A stretch of 61,886 nucleotides of DNA, taken from positions 1-61,886 of the IMG/VR virus record IMGVR_UViG_3300025879_000023; one strand, written 5' to 3'. This DNA is from a virus (Duplodnaviria; Caudoviricetes). The notes under the pieces were generated by a model. It did no database searches. It was given only the letters and a program-made list of their open reading frames with translations, and had not been told where the DNA came from. The position numbers and the translations under genes are program-made. Every line of letters starts with the position of its first letter. Position 1 is the stretch's first letter. This document shows, in pieces, positions 19,160 through 28,419 of the stretch.

Positions 19160-20128
19160 TTACCATATATCTTCAAAATCTTCTCCTTCACCCGCTTTGC
19201 TATAGTCTGTTGGACGAGTAGCAAAAAAATCAGTGTGAGTAACACCACCTGTAAGGTGATAGAACCAGTCGAGGTTTTTTGATCCTTTTTCGTCAAATGC
19301 AAAGTAGGACCCAAGGTCGACGTATCCAAGTTCAACGAGTTTTTCGTTAAGTCTTTTTCTAATGAATTGTTTGAGATCGTAAGCTTTAATTCCTTCAACG
19401 TCTCCTGCTTCAAACATTTTGTCAATATAATTTTCTTCAGCGTTTAGCATTGATTCTGCTGCTGCAACAACATCTTCTCTGCAGTTGTTTAATAATTCTT
19501 TATCTTCTTCACACATGTGCCTAAAAAGCTGGCAGCCCATTCTACTATGCAACGACTCATCTCTTACGCTCCATTTCATTTGCTGGCCTATACCTTTAAG
19601 AAGATTTCTAAGTTGAAAACTATATAATACAGCAAAAGCAGAGTAAAGAGAAACGCCCTCAGCAAAAGCAGAAAATATAGCCAAAGACTTAGCAATACCG
19701 CGAGTATCATTGCCTTCATAAGAAACGAGTGCGTTAAACCTGTCCATAGTAGCTTCATCTTGTAAAAAAGCTTTAAAATCTTCCAGTCCAAGTGTTTCAT
19801 TTAAATAAGAATAAGCAACGGCATGAATTGTTTCTTGCGAACCAAACATCATGGCCATTTGTTGTATTTCATGTTTAGGGAACCAACTAACTACTTTTTG
19901 TGTCCAGTAGTCAGATACAGCGCATTCAGTTTGCGCAAAGCCTAGCAATATGTTACCTACTAAACTTTTTTCTTCTGGCGTTAATTTTTCATTCCAATCT
20001 TTCACGTCTCCTGACATACTAATTTCAGTGTGCAGCCAAAATGCTTGCGCTTGTTTTAGCCAACCTTCTGTAAAGTAGATTGGGTATTCAAAAGGCTTGT
20101 ACTCAATTCTCGGTGTAAATAATCCCAT
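19160..20128 (-). CDS. nrdB: Ribonucleotide reductase class I beta subunit
   Basis: Motifs YKPFEYP, FW...EI....D, ETIHAVAY, EGVSLYSAF, RDESLH and TDFFA.R.TDY. Confidence 0.95.
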   Translation of the reverse strand: MGLFTPRIEYKPFEYPIYFTEGWLKQAQAFWLHTEISMSGDVKDWNEKLTPEEKSLVGNILLGFAQTECAVSDYWTQKVVSWFPKHEIQQMAMMFGSQETIHAVAYSYLNETLGLEDFKAFLQDEATMDRFNALVSYEGNDTRGIAKSLAIFSAFAEGVSLYSAFAVLYSFQLRNLLKGIGQQMKWSVRDESLHSRMGCQLFRHMCEEDKELLNNCREDVVAAAESMLNAEENYIDKMFEAGDVEGIKAYDLKQFIRKRLNEKLVELGYVDLGSYFAFDEKGSKNLDWFYHLTGGVTHTDFFATRPTDYSKAGEGEDFEDIW

Positions 20129-20289
20129 TAGTCGTTTGTTATATTTTTAATTGTTCTTAATGTTGACTCCCACGAGTCTAGATATAAAAGGAGGTCTTTT
20201 TTAGTAACCCCCTTATTTTTTATTGCTTTCATTTCCTCAAGCATGTCATCTACCCACCATTCAATAGCGGATGCTTTATCGTTATTCAT
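20128..20289 (-). CDS. Hypothetical protein (MNNDKASAIEWWVDDMLEEM...)
   Basis: 53 aa, hand-translated; stop overlaps the nrdB start. Confidence 0.6.
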   Translation of the reverse strand: MNNDKASAIEWWVDDMLEEMKAIKNKGVTKKDLLLYLDSWESTLRTIKNITND

Positions 20290-20422
20290 CTTTAAAGATC
20301 TCTAAACATATATCTATAAATGGCAAATATAAAACATGTAACGATGAATCCGGCTGTGGATATGTTCTAATTCCTAATAATATGCCAGGATACAATCCAA
20401 TAGTTAATTCCCAATTTCCCAT
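20282..20422 (-). CDS. Hypothetical protein (MGNWELTIGLYPGILLGIRTY...)
   Basis: 46 aa, hand-translated; translationally coupled to its neighbours. Confidence 0.6.
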   Translation of the reverse strand: MGNWELTIGLYPGILLGIRTYPQPDSSLHVLYLPFIDICLEIFKDE

Positions 20423-20592
20423 TATTCTATTTTTATTTTATATTTATCTTGCATTTCAACAAGCTCTTTCCATTTAATTTTACCTTTTATTTCCCAACTC
20501 CATTTAATCCATTTATCAATCTGGCGCTGAGAATATTTTTGCCTAGCTAGCTTCTTCGCTTTTCCAGGATCAATTGTACTGTTCTGTCGCAT
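20422..20592 (-). CDS. Hypothetical basic Trp-rich protein (MRQNSTIDPGKAKKLARQKYSQRQIDKWIKWSW...)
   Basis: 56 aa, hand-translated; stop overlaps the next ATG. Confidence 0.5.
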   Translation of the reverse strand: MRQNSTIDPGKAKKLARQKYSQRQIDKWIKWSWEIKGKIKWKELVEMQDKYKIKIE

Positions 20593-20999
20593 TCAGTTTG
20601 ATTTTGTGGTTTGTATAAAGTAATGTTAGGAAATTGTTCTGATACTAATTTTTTAAACAGCTTCCATCGCATTGGAAATGATTCGTTGGCTCTACCTTTT
20701 GTTTCTATTATAAAATCGTCGCCTATAAAGTCTGGAGTATATTTAATTGGCAATATTCTTTTGCTTCCTCTATTTGCATAATCTCCTTTACCATTTGATT
20801 GTCTTTCATAAACTTCGTTTTCAAAATGAAAACCATTTAATAATACAAATGTTTCTCCTTCATATTTAGATCGTATCTTAGCTTTTTTTAAAGCCATATA
20901 CATATACTTCTCAAGTCCTGAAGCAAAGTCAATACCATCAAATGATACTTTCTTTGCTCTCACAGGTCCTTTTTTCCTACTTCTTTTCTTTATTGCCAT
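20547..20999 (-). CDS. T7 endonuclease I-like Holliday junction resolvase
   Basis: FASGLE...YE...KYTPDF..IIETKG PD-(D/E)XK signature. Confidence 0.8.
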   Translation of the reverse strand: MAIKKRSRKKGPVRAKKVSFDGIDFASGLEKYMYMALKKAKIRSKYEGETFVLLNGFHFENEVYERQSNGKGDYANRGSKRILPIKYTPDFIGDDFIIETKGRANESFPMRWKLFKKLVSEQFPNITLYKPQNQTECDRTVQLILEKRRS

Positions 21000-21277
21000 A
21001 TGTCATCATTATCAAGCATATGCCCATCGTGTGATGCTTCATATTTTTCTACAAGTTTATCTTGTAAAACCTCAGTAGTAACACGCTTAAGCTTTTCAAT
21101 ATAATTAACAGCATCCATAAGTTCTTCCTGTAAATGTGTCATCCAAACATTAAGATCGCTTGGATCTTGATCGAGCGTAACGCCATACTTTTTAAAGCCG
21201 ACATTAGATCGTTCAACAAATTTATCTACAACGCTTTCTATAACAGGATCACGAAATGTAATTTCTTTCTTATTCAT
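20990..21277 (-). CDS. Small all-alpha NTP-pyrophosphatase-like protein
   Basis: G.KKYG.TL...W..HLQEELMDAVNY motif. Confidence 0.55.
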   Translation of the reverse strand: MNKKEITFRDPVIESVVDKFVERSNVGFKKYGVTLDQDPSDLNVWMTHLQEELMDAVNYIEKLKRVTTEVLQDKLVEKYEASHDGHMLDNDDIWQ

Positions 21278-21278
21278 A

Positions 21279-22040
21279 TTAAGATTCTTTTACAAATGTT
21301 CCGTTAATCATTTTACCTTTTCTGTTTTGAATTACATTGTAAGCCGATTGCACACAATCTTCAATTTTAAGGTCTTCAAGTTTAGCTAAGTTTGTAAGAA
21401 CAACTACGCAATCACCAATAGCGTCAATAATTTCAGGTTTGTCTTTTTCAAGTATAGCTTTAGCTAATTCGCCAACTTCTTCTAAAAGCTTTATATATTG
21501 CGTTTTGCTATCGCCCTTAGTATATATTCCTTTTGCAGCAGCCCATAGACGTATATCGTCATATACAGTATGTACACTTTCTGTAAAATTTTCAGTAAAT
21601 GCTTCATAAAATGCTTTATTATATATAAAAGAACGTTGTTTGTCATACATTGAAATTACAGAATTATGTTCAATCCATCTAATTGATTCAGTTGTTAATT
21701 CAAATTCGCCAAGAGATGTTTCCCATTTCATTCCAATGTTTTCCATTAGGTTACCCTTTAATTTGTCTTTAGGGAAAGGAAAAGTTGTAGTTTGCTCGGT
21801 TACATTAATTTTCATTTGATTTGATTTTTTATTTATTAAGTCTTTATACAATTGTCTGTCTACTTTATACCCATATGCCTTTTGCAAAGCTATTTCTCTT
21901 TTAGATATATAGTGTATATCGTCGGAAGATTCGACAACTTCATACTCATTAGAATTGTAGCCTTGAGCCTGAGTAACCCTTAATTCAAGATTACGTGTAA
22001 CTCCAATTTTTTTACCAGGTATATGATATATATGATACAT
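21279..22040 (-). CDS. MazG-like nucleotide pyrophosphohydrolase with N-terminal GIY-YIG-like domain
   Basis: C-terminal KLLEEVGELAKAI...DAIGDCVVVL...RKGKMINGTFVK; N-terminal YHIYHIPGKKIGVTRNLELR. Confidence 0.8.
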   Translation of the reverse strand: MYHIYHIPGKKIGVTRNLELRVTQAQGYNSNEYEVVESSDDIHYISKREIALQKAYGYKVDRQLYKDLINKKSNQMKINVTEQTTTFPFPKDKLKGNLMENIGMKWETSLGEFELTTESIRWIEHNSVISMYDKQRSFIYNKAFYEAFTENFTESVHTVYDDIRLWAAAKGIYTKGDSKTQYIKLLEEVGELAKAILEKDKPEIIDAIGDCVVVLTNLAKLEDLKIEDCVQSAYNVIQNRKGKMINGTFVKES

Positions 22041-22052
22041 AACAATTTGTTT

Positions 22053-22868
22053 TTACCCTACCGATAACGGTGCTAAGATTGCGGGATGTGATTTATAATT
22101 ATTTAAAGATACGGAATTATGCACAGGCATAAAAATAGCATCGTTGTCAAGATACAAACCGTGTTCAACACTAATTGTTGGTAACTCATACATATATCTT
22201 TCTAATTGTTCAGAAGCTTGCTTTATATGATTACTATATAAATGACAATCACCTAGTTGTCCAATTAACGATCCTGCTTTTAAACCATTACCTTTAGCTA
22301 AGAACTCTAATAACAACCCATACATTGCAATATCATAAGGTAAACCTAAAAATATATCTACAGAACGTTGTTGCCACATTAAATCTATAACGCCATCATT
22401 AATATAAACTTGAAAACCGTAATGACAAGGCGGTAAAGCCATATCCGGCATTTCAATTGGGTTCCACGCGCTCACTATAAGACGTCTTGAATCAGGATTA
22501 GACTTAATATCTGCCAAAAGGTTTTTAAGCTGATCTACGCCGCCGAAATCGCGCCATTGCTTTCCGTATACAGGCCCTAAAGTGTTGTCTGTTCTTCCTG
22601 ATCTTTCATAATCAGCATCCCAGTAGTGCACTTTGTGGTTTTGCAAGTAAGTTATATCTGTTCTACCTTGTAAAATCCATAGAATTTCTGTTAAAGCAGC
22701 ATTGAACCAAACTTTCTTTGTAGTAAGTAAAGGAAAGCCATTACTCATATCGTGTCTTATTGTTCTACCAAACACGCTTAACGTGCCCGTGCCAGTACGA
22801 TCACTTTTCTTTTTGCCTTGATATAAGACTTCTGACATTAATTTGTGGTACTCTTCTTGTATATTCAT
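22053..22868 (-). CDS. thyA: Thymidylate synthase-family enzyme with Asn-to-Asp specificity change (possible dCMP methylase)
   Basis: Motifs DRTGTGT, FPLLTTKK, LGPVYG.QWR, DSRR, MALPPCH, QRSVD and HLYSNH are present, but LGLPYDIAMY replaces LGLPFNIASY. Confidence 0.9.
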   Translation of the reverse strand: MNIQEEYHKLMSEVLYQGKKKSDRTGTGTLSVFGRTIRHDMSNGFPLLTTKKVWFNAALTEILWILQGRTDITYLQNHKVHYWDADYERSGRTDNTLGPVYGKQWRDFGGVDQLKNLLADIKSNPDSRRLIVSAWNPIEMPDMALPPCHYGFQVYINDGVIDLMWQQRSVDIFLGLPYDIAMYGLLLEFLAKGNGLKAGSLIGQLGDCHLYSNHIKQASEQLERYMYELPTISVEHGLYLDNDAIFMPVHNSVSLNNYKSHPAILAPLSVG

Positions 22869-23149
22869 TATTTATTGTGTTTGTTGTAATAATATAAACA
22901 TGCTTTATAATACTCTTGCCATATATTGTCTTTTGTATATACACTAGGTGACAAATGAAAGGCTTTATAGTTTTCCCCTATACTTATGGCTATTTTCCAT
23001 TTATCAGGGTTTTGAACGTAATCTATTGCTTGAAGACCTATTCTTATGTTGTTTTTCAAACACCATTTGTATGCAGAAGCTTCTTCTTTATTTGCAATAT
23101 AATTATCTGGTAAATTGTTTTTCTTTTTATTTTTTAATCCGCTTCCCAT
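22868..23149 (-). CDS. Hypothetical protein
   Basis: ATG at 23149 overlaps the primase-helicase stop. Confidence 0.65.
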   Translation of the reverse strand: MGSGLKNKKKNNLPDNYIANKEEASAYKWCLKNNIRIGLQAIDYVQNPDKWKIAISIGENYKAFHLSPSVYTKDNIWQEYYKACLYYYNKHNK

Positions 23150-24870
23150 TAAATTTCCCAAGGCATTGCGTCGTTGTCAGCAACAGACTGGTTAGGATCA
23201 CGTATTGGCAAGAAACACCCTGACTTGTGCTCCCATTTGAAATGAGCTTCAGCACCGTTTTCGCCTAAATTTTGAAACTTAACTTTAAGTACTTTGGCTT
23301 TAACAGTTTTGTTTTCATAATCTCTATGAACTAATAACCCGTGGTAAGAAGCATCATACCATTCACCACCGCCTTTAATGTTATACATTGTAGGCTCTTC
23401 AATTTTGCCATTAGCATCCTTATACATTTTAGTTGGGTGTGCTACCACAATAACTAAAACATCATATTTTTTTGCAAATATTTCAATCTTAGTTAGGTAC
23501 TCAAGTGTATAAGCATTAACGTCTCCAGAATTGCCGTCATAATCTCTAACCTTATTAAAAGGATCAATAACTAAACACTTAATTCCTTTGCGCTTAACAA
23601 GCTCAGCACCTTTTCTAAGCACTCCTTCTAAGCTGTATCTATCCATATCAATATGATAGAAGTTTGAATTACAATGATCTGCAACTTGATCCCATTTACC
23701 ACTACCAATATCTTCCTTAGAAGGCATATCGCCCCATACTTTTCTCATTAATTTATGAGCGTGCAAATATGTTGGTGCGTTTTCAGGCGAAGCAAAAGCT
23801 GTTTTCCAGCCATAATTCATATTATACCCAACGACCATCTGATCAACAAAATCAGACTTTCCACTACTAGGTATGCCAGTAACAGTAATAAACTGGCCGG
23901 TATAAGTACTAAAAATATCGTCAAAATTTTTAAGGCCAACTTGGTAACCTGGTTTAAAACCGTTTCTAACAAAATCTGTAATCTCGTCTTCAATGTCTTT
24001 GAAGGTTGTGACTCCTTCGAGGGGAACTGGCTTTGCACCGGTAATACGCTGCGCCAAACTTTCTTTTCCATGTTTTAATAAATATTCGTTTGAATCTTTG
24101 CAGTCATCAAAAGTTGATATAAAACAAACTTCAGCTCCGAGTCTTCTAATAAACTCGCTTTGCAAGGCTTGTCCAGCCTCATCTCCGTCTAAAGCTAGTA
24201 TTACTTTTTCTTTATCAGTAAAGTAATCTATACAGTTATCTAAATAATCTAAATTGTTTGTTCCAAGTGTAGCACCATTTGGTACAGATACAACATTGGG
24301 TATTCCAGCTTCATGCAAACTAAGAGCATCCATTTCGCCTTCTACAATTACGCAATACTCATATCCAACTATTGCATTTATGTTATAGAAAACTTTTTCA
24401 GCGCCTTTATAAAGCTTAAAGTTTTTGCGTCCATCTCTGTATTTTACATTTATAAGGTCATCACCCATAAAGTAATTAAAATGAATAGCATTTTCTTCTT
24501 TTCCGGTTTGAGGCATAAATTCTTTGCCTTCTGTAACTTTAAGAGCTTTTAATGTATCGTTTGAAATTCCTCTACTTTGAAACCACTCTTGAACCTTAGT
24601 ACTTACTTCTTTAGGTTGTATTGGTTCTGGTTTAATGTAGACTTTTTCAGCGTTTCCTTTCCGCTGATATGTATGAAGTTGAAATGTGTTGGAGCAATGA
24701 TGGCAAGTGCCTAAGCCCCTTTCCCAATCATAAGATGCACATTTAGCTTTCTTATTTTCAGGTTTTCTATTTTCGGAACAAATAGGACAAATACCTTCTG
24801 GTTTACCTACTTGTAAATCATACTGGTTGAATTGTTCTATTTGAAATCCGTTTATCTCCGTTGTTTGCAT
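23149..24870 (-). CDS. Primase-helicase (T7 gp4/Twinkle-like)
   Basis: Zn finger CPIC...CHHC, TOPRIM motifs IVEGEMDALS and LDGDEAG, Walker A TGIPSSGKS, LVIDP and VAHP.K. Confidence 0.92.
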   Translation of the reverse strand: MQTTEINGFQIEQFNQYDLQVGKPEGICPICSENRKPENKKAKCASYDWERGLGTCHHCSNTFQLHTYQRKGNAEKVYIKPEPIQPKEVSTKVQEWFQSRGISNDTLKALKVTEGKEFMPQTGKEENAIHFNYFMGDDLINVKYRDGRKNFKLYKGAEKVFYNINAIVGYEYCVIVEGEMDALSLHEAGIPNVVSVPNGATLGTNNLDYLDNCIDYFTDKEKVILALDGDEAGQALQSEFIRRLGAEVCFISTFDDCKDSNEYLLKHGKESLAQRITGAKPVPLEGVTTFKDIEDEITDFVRNGFKPGYQVGLKNFDDIFSTYTGQFITVTGIPSSGKSDFVDQMVVGYNMNYGWKTAFASPENAPTYLHAHKLMRKVWGDMPSKEDIGSGKWDQVADHCNSNFYHIDMDRYSLEGVLRKGAELVKRKGIKCLVIDPFNKVRDYDGNSGDVNAYTLEYLTKIEIFAKKYDVLVIVVAHPTKMYKDANGKIEEPTMYNIKGGGEWYDASYHGLLVHRDYENKTVKAKVLKVKFQNLGENGAEAHFKWEHKSGCFLPIRDPNQSVADNDAMPWEI

Positions 24871-24897
24871 CGGGTAAAAAAGTTAGAAGTTAATTAA

Positions 24898-24931
24898 AAT
24901 AAGGGGAGCTGTTCACATTACTCCCCCTATT
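24898..24931 (-). terminator. Stem-loop (terminator/attenuator) between SSB and primase-helicase
   Basis: Minus strand AATAGGGGGAG-N12-CTCCCCTTATT followed by TTAATT. Confidence 0.6.
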
Positions 24932-24952
24932 GACACACACATTATTACAGAA

Positions 24953-25276
24953 TTAAAATGGCAAATCATCCTGTGGTTGTGCAGCAGGTGGAGCTGCTTG
25001 AAAACCACCTTGTTGTACTTGATTATCTCTTGGTGCTGCATCTACGTTTGTTCCATTAGACCAAACAACTTTTACATTTCCAAGATATACTTTGTCCGCT
25101 TTCGCTTCTCTTTCTTCTTTTGACTGTTCAACAATTACAGGCCCTTGGTTTCCATAATTGTCTACTGCGTCATTGAGTGTAATTGTAATAGGTAAATACT
25201 TTCCTTTTTTACCTTCAATAATTTTGTCTTTTGGTATCGCGTTTAAGTTGATACTAGTTTTAATAATTGATGCCAT
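24953..25276 (-). CDS. Single-stranded DNA-binding protein (Bacteroidetes phage type)
   Basis: GKKGKYL..YG....QSKEERE...YLGN core and acidic DDLPF C-terminus. Confidence 0.75.
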   Translation of the reverse strand: MASIIKTSINLNAIPKDKIIEGKKGKYLPITITLNDAVDNYGNQGPVIVEQSKEEREAKADKVYLGNVKVVWSNGTNVDAAPRDNQVQQGGFQAAPPAAQPQDDLPF

Positions 25277-25294
25277 AGTTTTAGTTTTAATTAA

Positions 25295-26035
25295 TTAAAG
25301 TGTTTTTGATATAAAATAATTCTTAGGATCGAAACTTTGATCCTTATAGTACAATCTGTACTGCTCAGCGGCTTCCTCAACTTTAAACTTACCACGCTCA
25401 AGGAACTGAGGGGAACAGTCAAAGATACCAATTTTTTTTGTTTTTTTATCTATAACCAAGAAAATAAAATCCATATTAAAATAACTTGAATATATAAATG
25501 CTTGACTATCATAGTTATAGTTTCTTGCGCTTTGCTCAAAACGTGTTATGTCTCCAGATGTTTTAAGATCAACAATAATACCTTGTGTATTGTTTTTAAT
25601 ATCTGTTTTACATTTCCACCATTCACCCGCTAATTCTATAAGGCCTGGAATTTCGTACTCAACATCTATGTCGCGAATTAAGCCATTTGCCGTTTCATTA
25701 GCCATAAGGGTTTCATTCAAGGCCTGTAGCATATCAGCTTCATGCTGCAATAAACATATCTCTGGGTTTGTCAGAGCTTTGTACTCATTATTGTTACGTG
25801 TTTTTGCATCAATAATTTTGTACCTATTCAGTTTTTCCGGTTCCAACACTAATGTGTGGAAGTAAGCTCCTTTTACCAAGTTCGGATTAGCGGGCTGTGG
25901 TTGGTGTAACATAAGAGGATCAGTTAAAAGAGTTCCTATGTTAGAATTAGATAAAAACTGTTTTCCGAAATCACCGTAATACAGCTCATCATCTTCTAGC
26001 TTTTTTAGTATGTCATTTAACTGAGCCTTTTTCAT
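25295..26035 (-). CDS. RecE/exonuclease VIII-like PD-(D/E)XK exonuclease
   Basis: Motifs LSNS, G..FH...LEP, KCKTD, VDLKT and Y.YDSQA..Y. Confidence 0.85.
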   Translation of the reverse strand: MKKAQLNDILKKLEDDELYYGDFGKQFLSNSNIGTLLTDPLMLHQPQPANPNLVKGAYFHTLVLEPEKLNRYKIIDAKTRNNNEYKALTNPEICLLQHEADMLQALNETLMANETANGLIRDIDVEYEIPGLIELAGEWWKCKTDIKNNTQGIIVDLKTSGDITRFEQSARNYNYDSQAFIYSSYFNMDFIFLVIDKKTKKIGIFDCSPQFLERGKFKVEEAAEQYRLYYKDQSFDPKNYFISKTL

Positions 26036-26559
26036 TATAGTGTTTTTAAAAGTTGAGGATCTACTTCGTATTTCTTTTTAATATCTTCTATAGTTCCTTT
26101 ACCAGATTTAATAAATTCTTTTGCTTTTTCTAAAGCTTGCCCTTCTAATTTAGGTTTTGTTACTGCCCTACCATGTTGATTTGTTGCATCCGAATCAGCT
26201 GTATCATCTATTAATAATAAATTCCCAAGCGCGTATTTTTTTCCATAAGAAGAACCGCTGCCATACTGTTGAGGCACTTGCATACCCTTTTGATTTAAAT
26301 CAACACCAACCAAAGCTGTTGCAGATATTTCAGCTGTACCATCAGATATTGTAGCAACTGATTTAAACATTGGAACAGGTTCTGTGGCTATTAACTCTTC
26401 GTCTATTTTAAAATACACACTGTATTTATCATTAAACGGCTTAAGTCCTTCAAGTATATCCTCAGCAGATCTGAAGTTGTACTTACCAAAAGAATTAAAT
26501 CTACTTTTCTTCGATTTAAACTCTACTTGGATTTTACTTAGTTTTTCGTGTAGTTTCAT
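26035..26559 (-). CDS. ERF-family ssDNA annealing protein
   Basis: Motifs N.FGKY.FRSAEDI and Q.YGS.SSY.KKYAL..L..IDD..D.D. Confidence 0.85.
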   Translation of the reverse strand: MKLHEKLSKIQVEFKSKKSRFNSFGKYNFRSAEDILEGLKPFNDKYSVYFKIDEELIATEPVPMFKSVATISDGTAEISATALVGVDLNQKGMQVPQQYGSGSSYGKKYALGNLLLIDDTADSDATNQHGRAVTKPKLEGQALEKAKEFIKSGKGTIEDIKKKYEVDPQLLKTL

Positions 26560-26583
26560 ATTAATTTAATTTAGTTATACATC

Positions 26584-27345
26584 TCAAAGATAATCAATTA
26601 CTTGCGAAGAATCTACATTTTCTATTAATTTTTGCACTGCTTGTTTCTTTATTTCAGAAATTCTCACATACGCACTTGATCCTTCTATATTTAATATTTC
26701 TGCTATTTTATTTGCAGAATGCTTATCACAATTAAGCCCATAGCTTAATCTCAATACTTCAAATTCTCTTTCATCTAAATGCTTTTTTAACAAACTTGTT
26801 AAATATACATTAAGCAAAGCTATATTATAAGGTTCAGACTGATCTGGTATTTGGTGCATCATATTTTCATCATCTTCATTAACTTGTTCATCAATACTTA
26901 AGAATATAGAATTAAAAAACATAGCCACCATTGCTTTATCTTTACCTTCATCTTTTCTAATTTCATTTAGCTTATGCTCTGGTATTCTTATATCACCTCT
27001 ATTAATATCAATAGCTCTTCGTATTGACCCTTTTATTCTTTTTGACAGGAATGACTTTAATGTTTTTTCTGGATCGTCAGATTCAATTACTGTCTCCCAA
27101 ATTATTTTATCTACCGCTCTTATTAGTCCAAGACTTCCATCTTGAATAAGATCTGTAATATCCATAACACCTGATGCTTGATCAGAAGTTGAAAACTTCC
27201 TAGCAATATTCTCTACCAATGGCAGGAAAGTAACAATTAGTTCGTCTCGTGTGTAATCTTGAAATGCTTTAAACTCAATTAAATTAATTGACGCTTTAAC
27301 ATCATCTTTATACCTCACATAATTGCGAATGTTGTACTTTTTCAT
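26584..27345 (-). CDS. RNA polymerase sigma-70 family factor
   Basis: Region 2 LPLVENIARKF...DLIQDGSLGLIRAVDK, IRIPEH, and region 4 LDEREFEVLRLSYGL...IAEIL...RI.EIK.QA..KL. Confidence 0.9.
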   Translation of the reverse strand: MKKYNIRNYVRYKDDVKASINLIEFKAFQDYTRDELIVTFLPLVENIARKFSTSDQASGVMDITDLIQDGSLGLIRAVDKIIWETVIESDDPEKTLKSFLSKRIKGSIRRAIDINRGDIRIPEHKLNEIRKDEGKDKAMVAMFFNSIFLSIDEQVNEDDENMMHQIPDQSEPYNIALLNVYLTSLLKKHLDEREFEVLRLSYGLNCDKHSANKIAEILNIEGSSAYVRISEIKKQAVQKLIENVDSSQVIDYL

Positions 27346-27961
27346 TTTGTTGATTTAATAGTTCTTTCTCATCTTTAAGTTCATTGGTTATATTTCGGTG
27401 TATGGTTCTAGTTGTGCAGTTTAATAGCTTAGCTATTTTTGTTATTGTTATTTTTTCGCCATTATCATTTATATAAAGCATCATGTCATATATGTCTGCT
27501 TCTGTTACTCTTTTTGTTTTACCTATCATTTGGCCCACAATGCTGAGCTTTTCTGATAATGATAATTTACACTGATATTTAAATATTATTTTACGTGTTT
27601 TATTTTTAGGCGGTTGTTCTAAATCTTTCATGCTAACATCGTAAACAATTTTGCTTACTGAATCATCTGGCGGTTCAAATGTTATAAATCCATTTTTTTT
27701 ATTACAAATATACTCTGCTAAATTATTAAAAGCTTTTTGATCAAGCTGAGGATTTAAATACCATAAAACTAATAAGTGCCACTTTAAAGATCTATAACTT
27801 GTTATTTTAGCTTTGCTTCTAAACAGATCGTAACACTCATGAGTACCATCTTCATAAAAGTAACCCCATTCAAAACATGCTGTTGGCTTGTCTGATATAG
27901 GTAACCTCCTATAAATTATCCGTCTTTGATTTAAATAATCAAGCAATCTTTCGTGCGACAT
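27308..27961 (-). CDS. DNA-binding protein with C-terminal HTH and possible PriCT-like domain (Rep-like)
   Basis: KITITKIAKLLNCTTRTIHRNI forms an HTH; CN..NGF....PPDDSVSKIV.DV resembles a primase C-terminal domain. Confidence 0.6.
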   Translation of the reverse strand: MSHERLLDYLNQRRIIYRRLPISDKPTACFEWGYFYEDGTHECYDLFRSKAKITSYRSLKWHLLVLWYLNPQLDQKAFNNLAEYICNKKNGFITFEPPDDSVSKIVYDVSMKDLEQPPKNKTRKIIFKYQCKLSLSEKLSIVGQMIGKTKRVTEADIYDMMLYINDNGEKITITKIAKLLNCTTRTIHRNITNELKDEKELLNQQNEKVQHSQLCEV

Positions 27962-27998
27962 TAGCCTATTACTATTTATATTAACTACCTATTGTCAC
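27955..27998. repeat. 44-bp inverted-repeat site, copy A (core inverted relative to B and C)
   Basis: GCGACATTAGCCT-ATTACTATTTATATTAAC-TACCTATTGTCAC; overlaps the ATG of the HTH gene. Confidence 0.85.
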
Positions 27999-28036
27999 TG
28001 TTTTTTTGTGAAAGTAGTAATTTTTTTTTAAAGTTG

Positions 28037-28378
28037 TTAATTTATTTTAGTTATTTGAACTTTATCCCATTTGCCAATTGGCATATCATTATTGATTAAA
28101 AAATCAATTCTTTTTTTATATCGTTTATTCATTAAGTCCCTAACTACCCATATACCTTCATAGGGGCAATCACAGGACACTTTTACTTTAGTGCCGAACT
28201 TATACCCTAATTTGTATAAATCTCGCGACACGGCTAAGATACGATGTTTATATGGATCTTCTAAGTCTATTTCATACATTGATGCCGTATGTCCTGGATC
28301 TTCATTTGTTTGTTCAGGTACTGCATTGTAAACGGTTGCTGTTACGCATGCTATTATACTTACTATTAATGTTTTCAT
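28037..28378 (-). CDS. 3D-domain (MltA/RlpA-like) cell-wall protein with signal peptide
   Basis: ATVYN...QT..DP..TAS, AVSRDL, FGTKV and V.D.MNKRY...IDFL. Confidence 0.75.
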   Translation of the reverse strand: MKTLIVSIIACVTATVYNAVPEQTNEDPGHTASMYEIDLEDPYKHRILAVSRDLYKLGYKFGTKVKVSCDCPYEGIWVVRDLMNKRYKKRIDFLINNDMPIGKWDKVQITKIN

Positions 28379-28419
28379 AATTTATTCTTTTCAATTAAAC
28401 TAAATTGTTTGATTTATAT

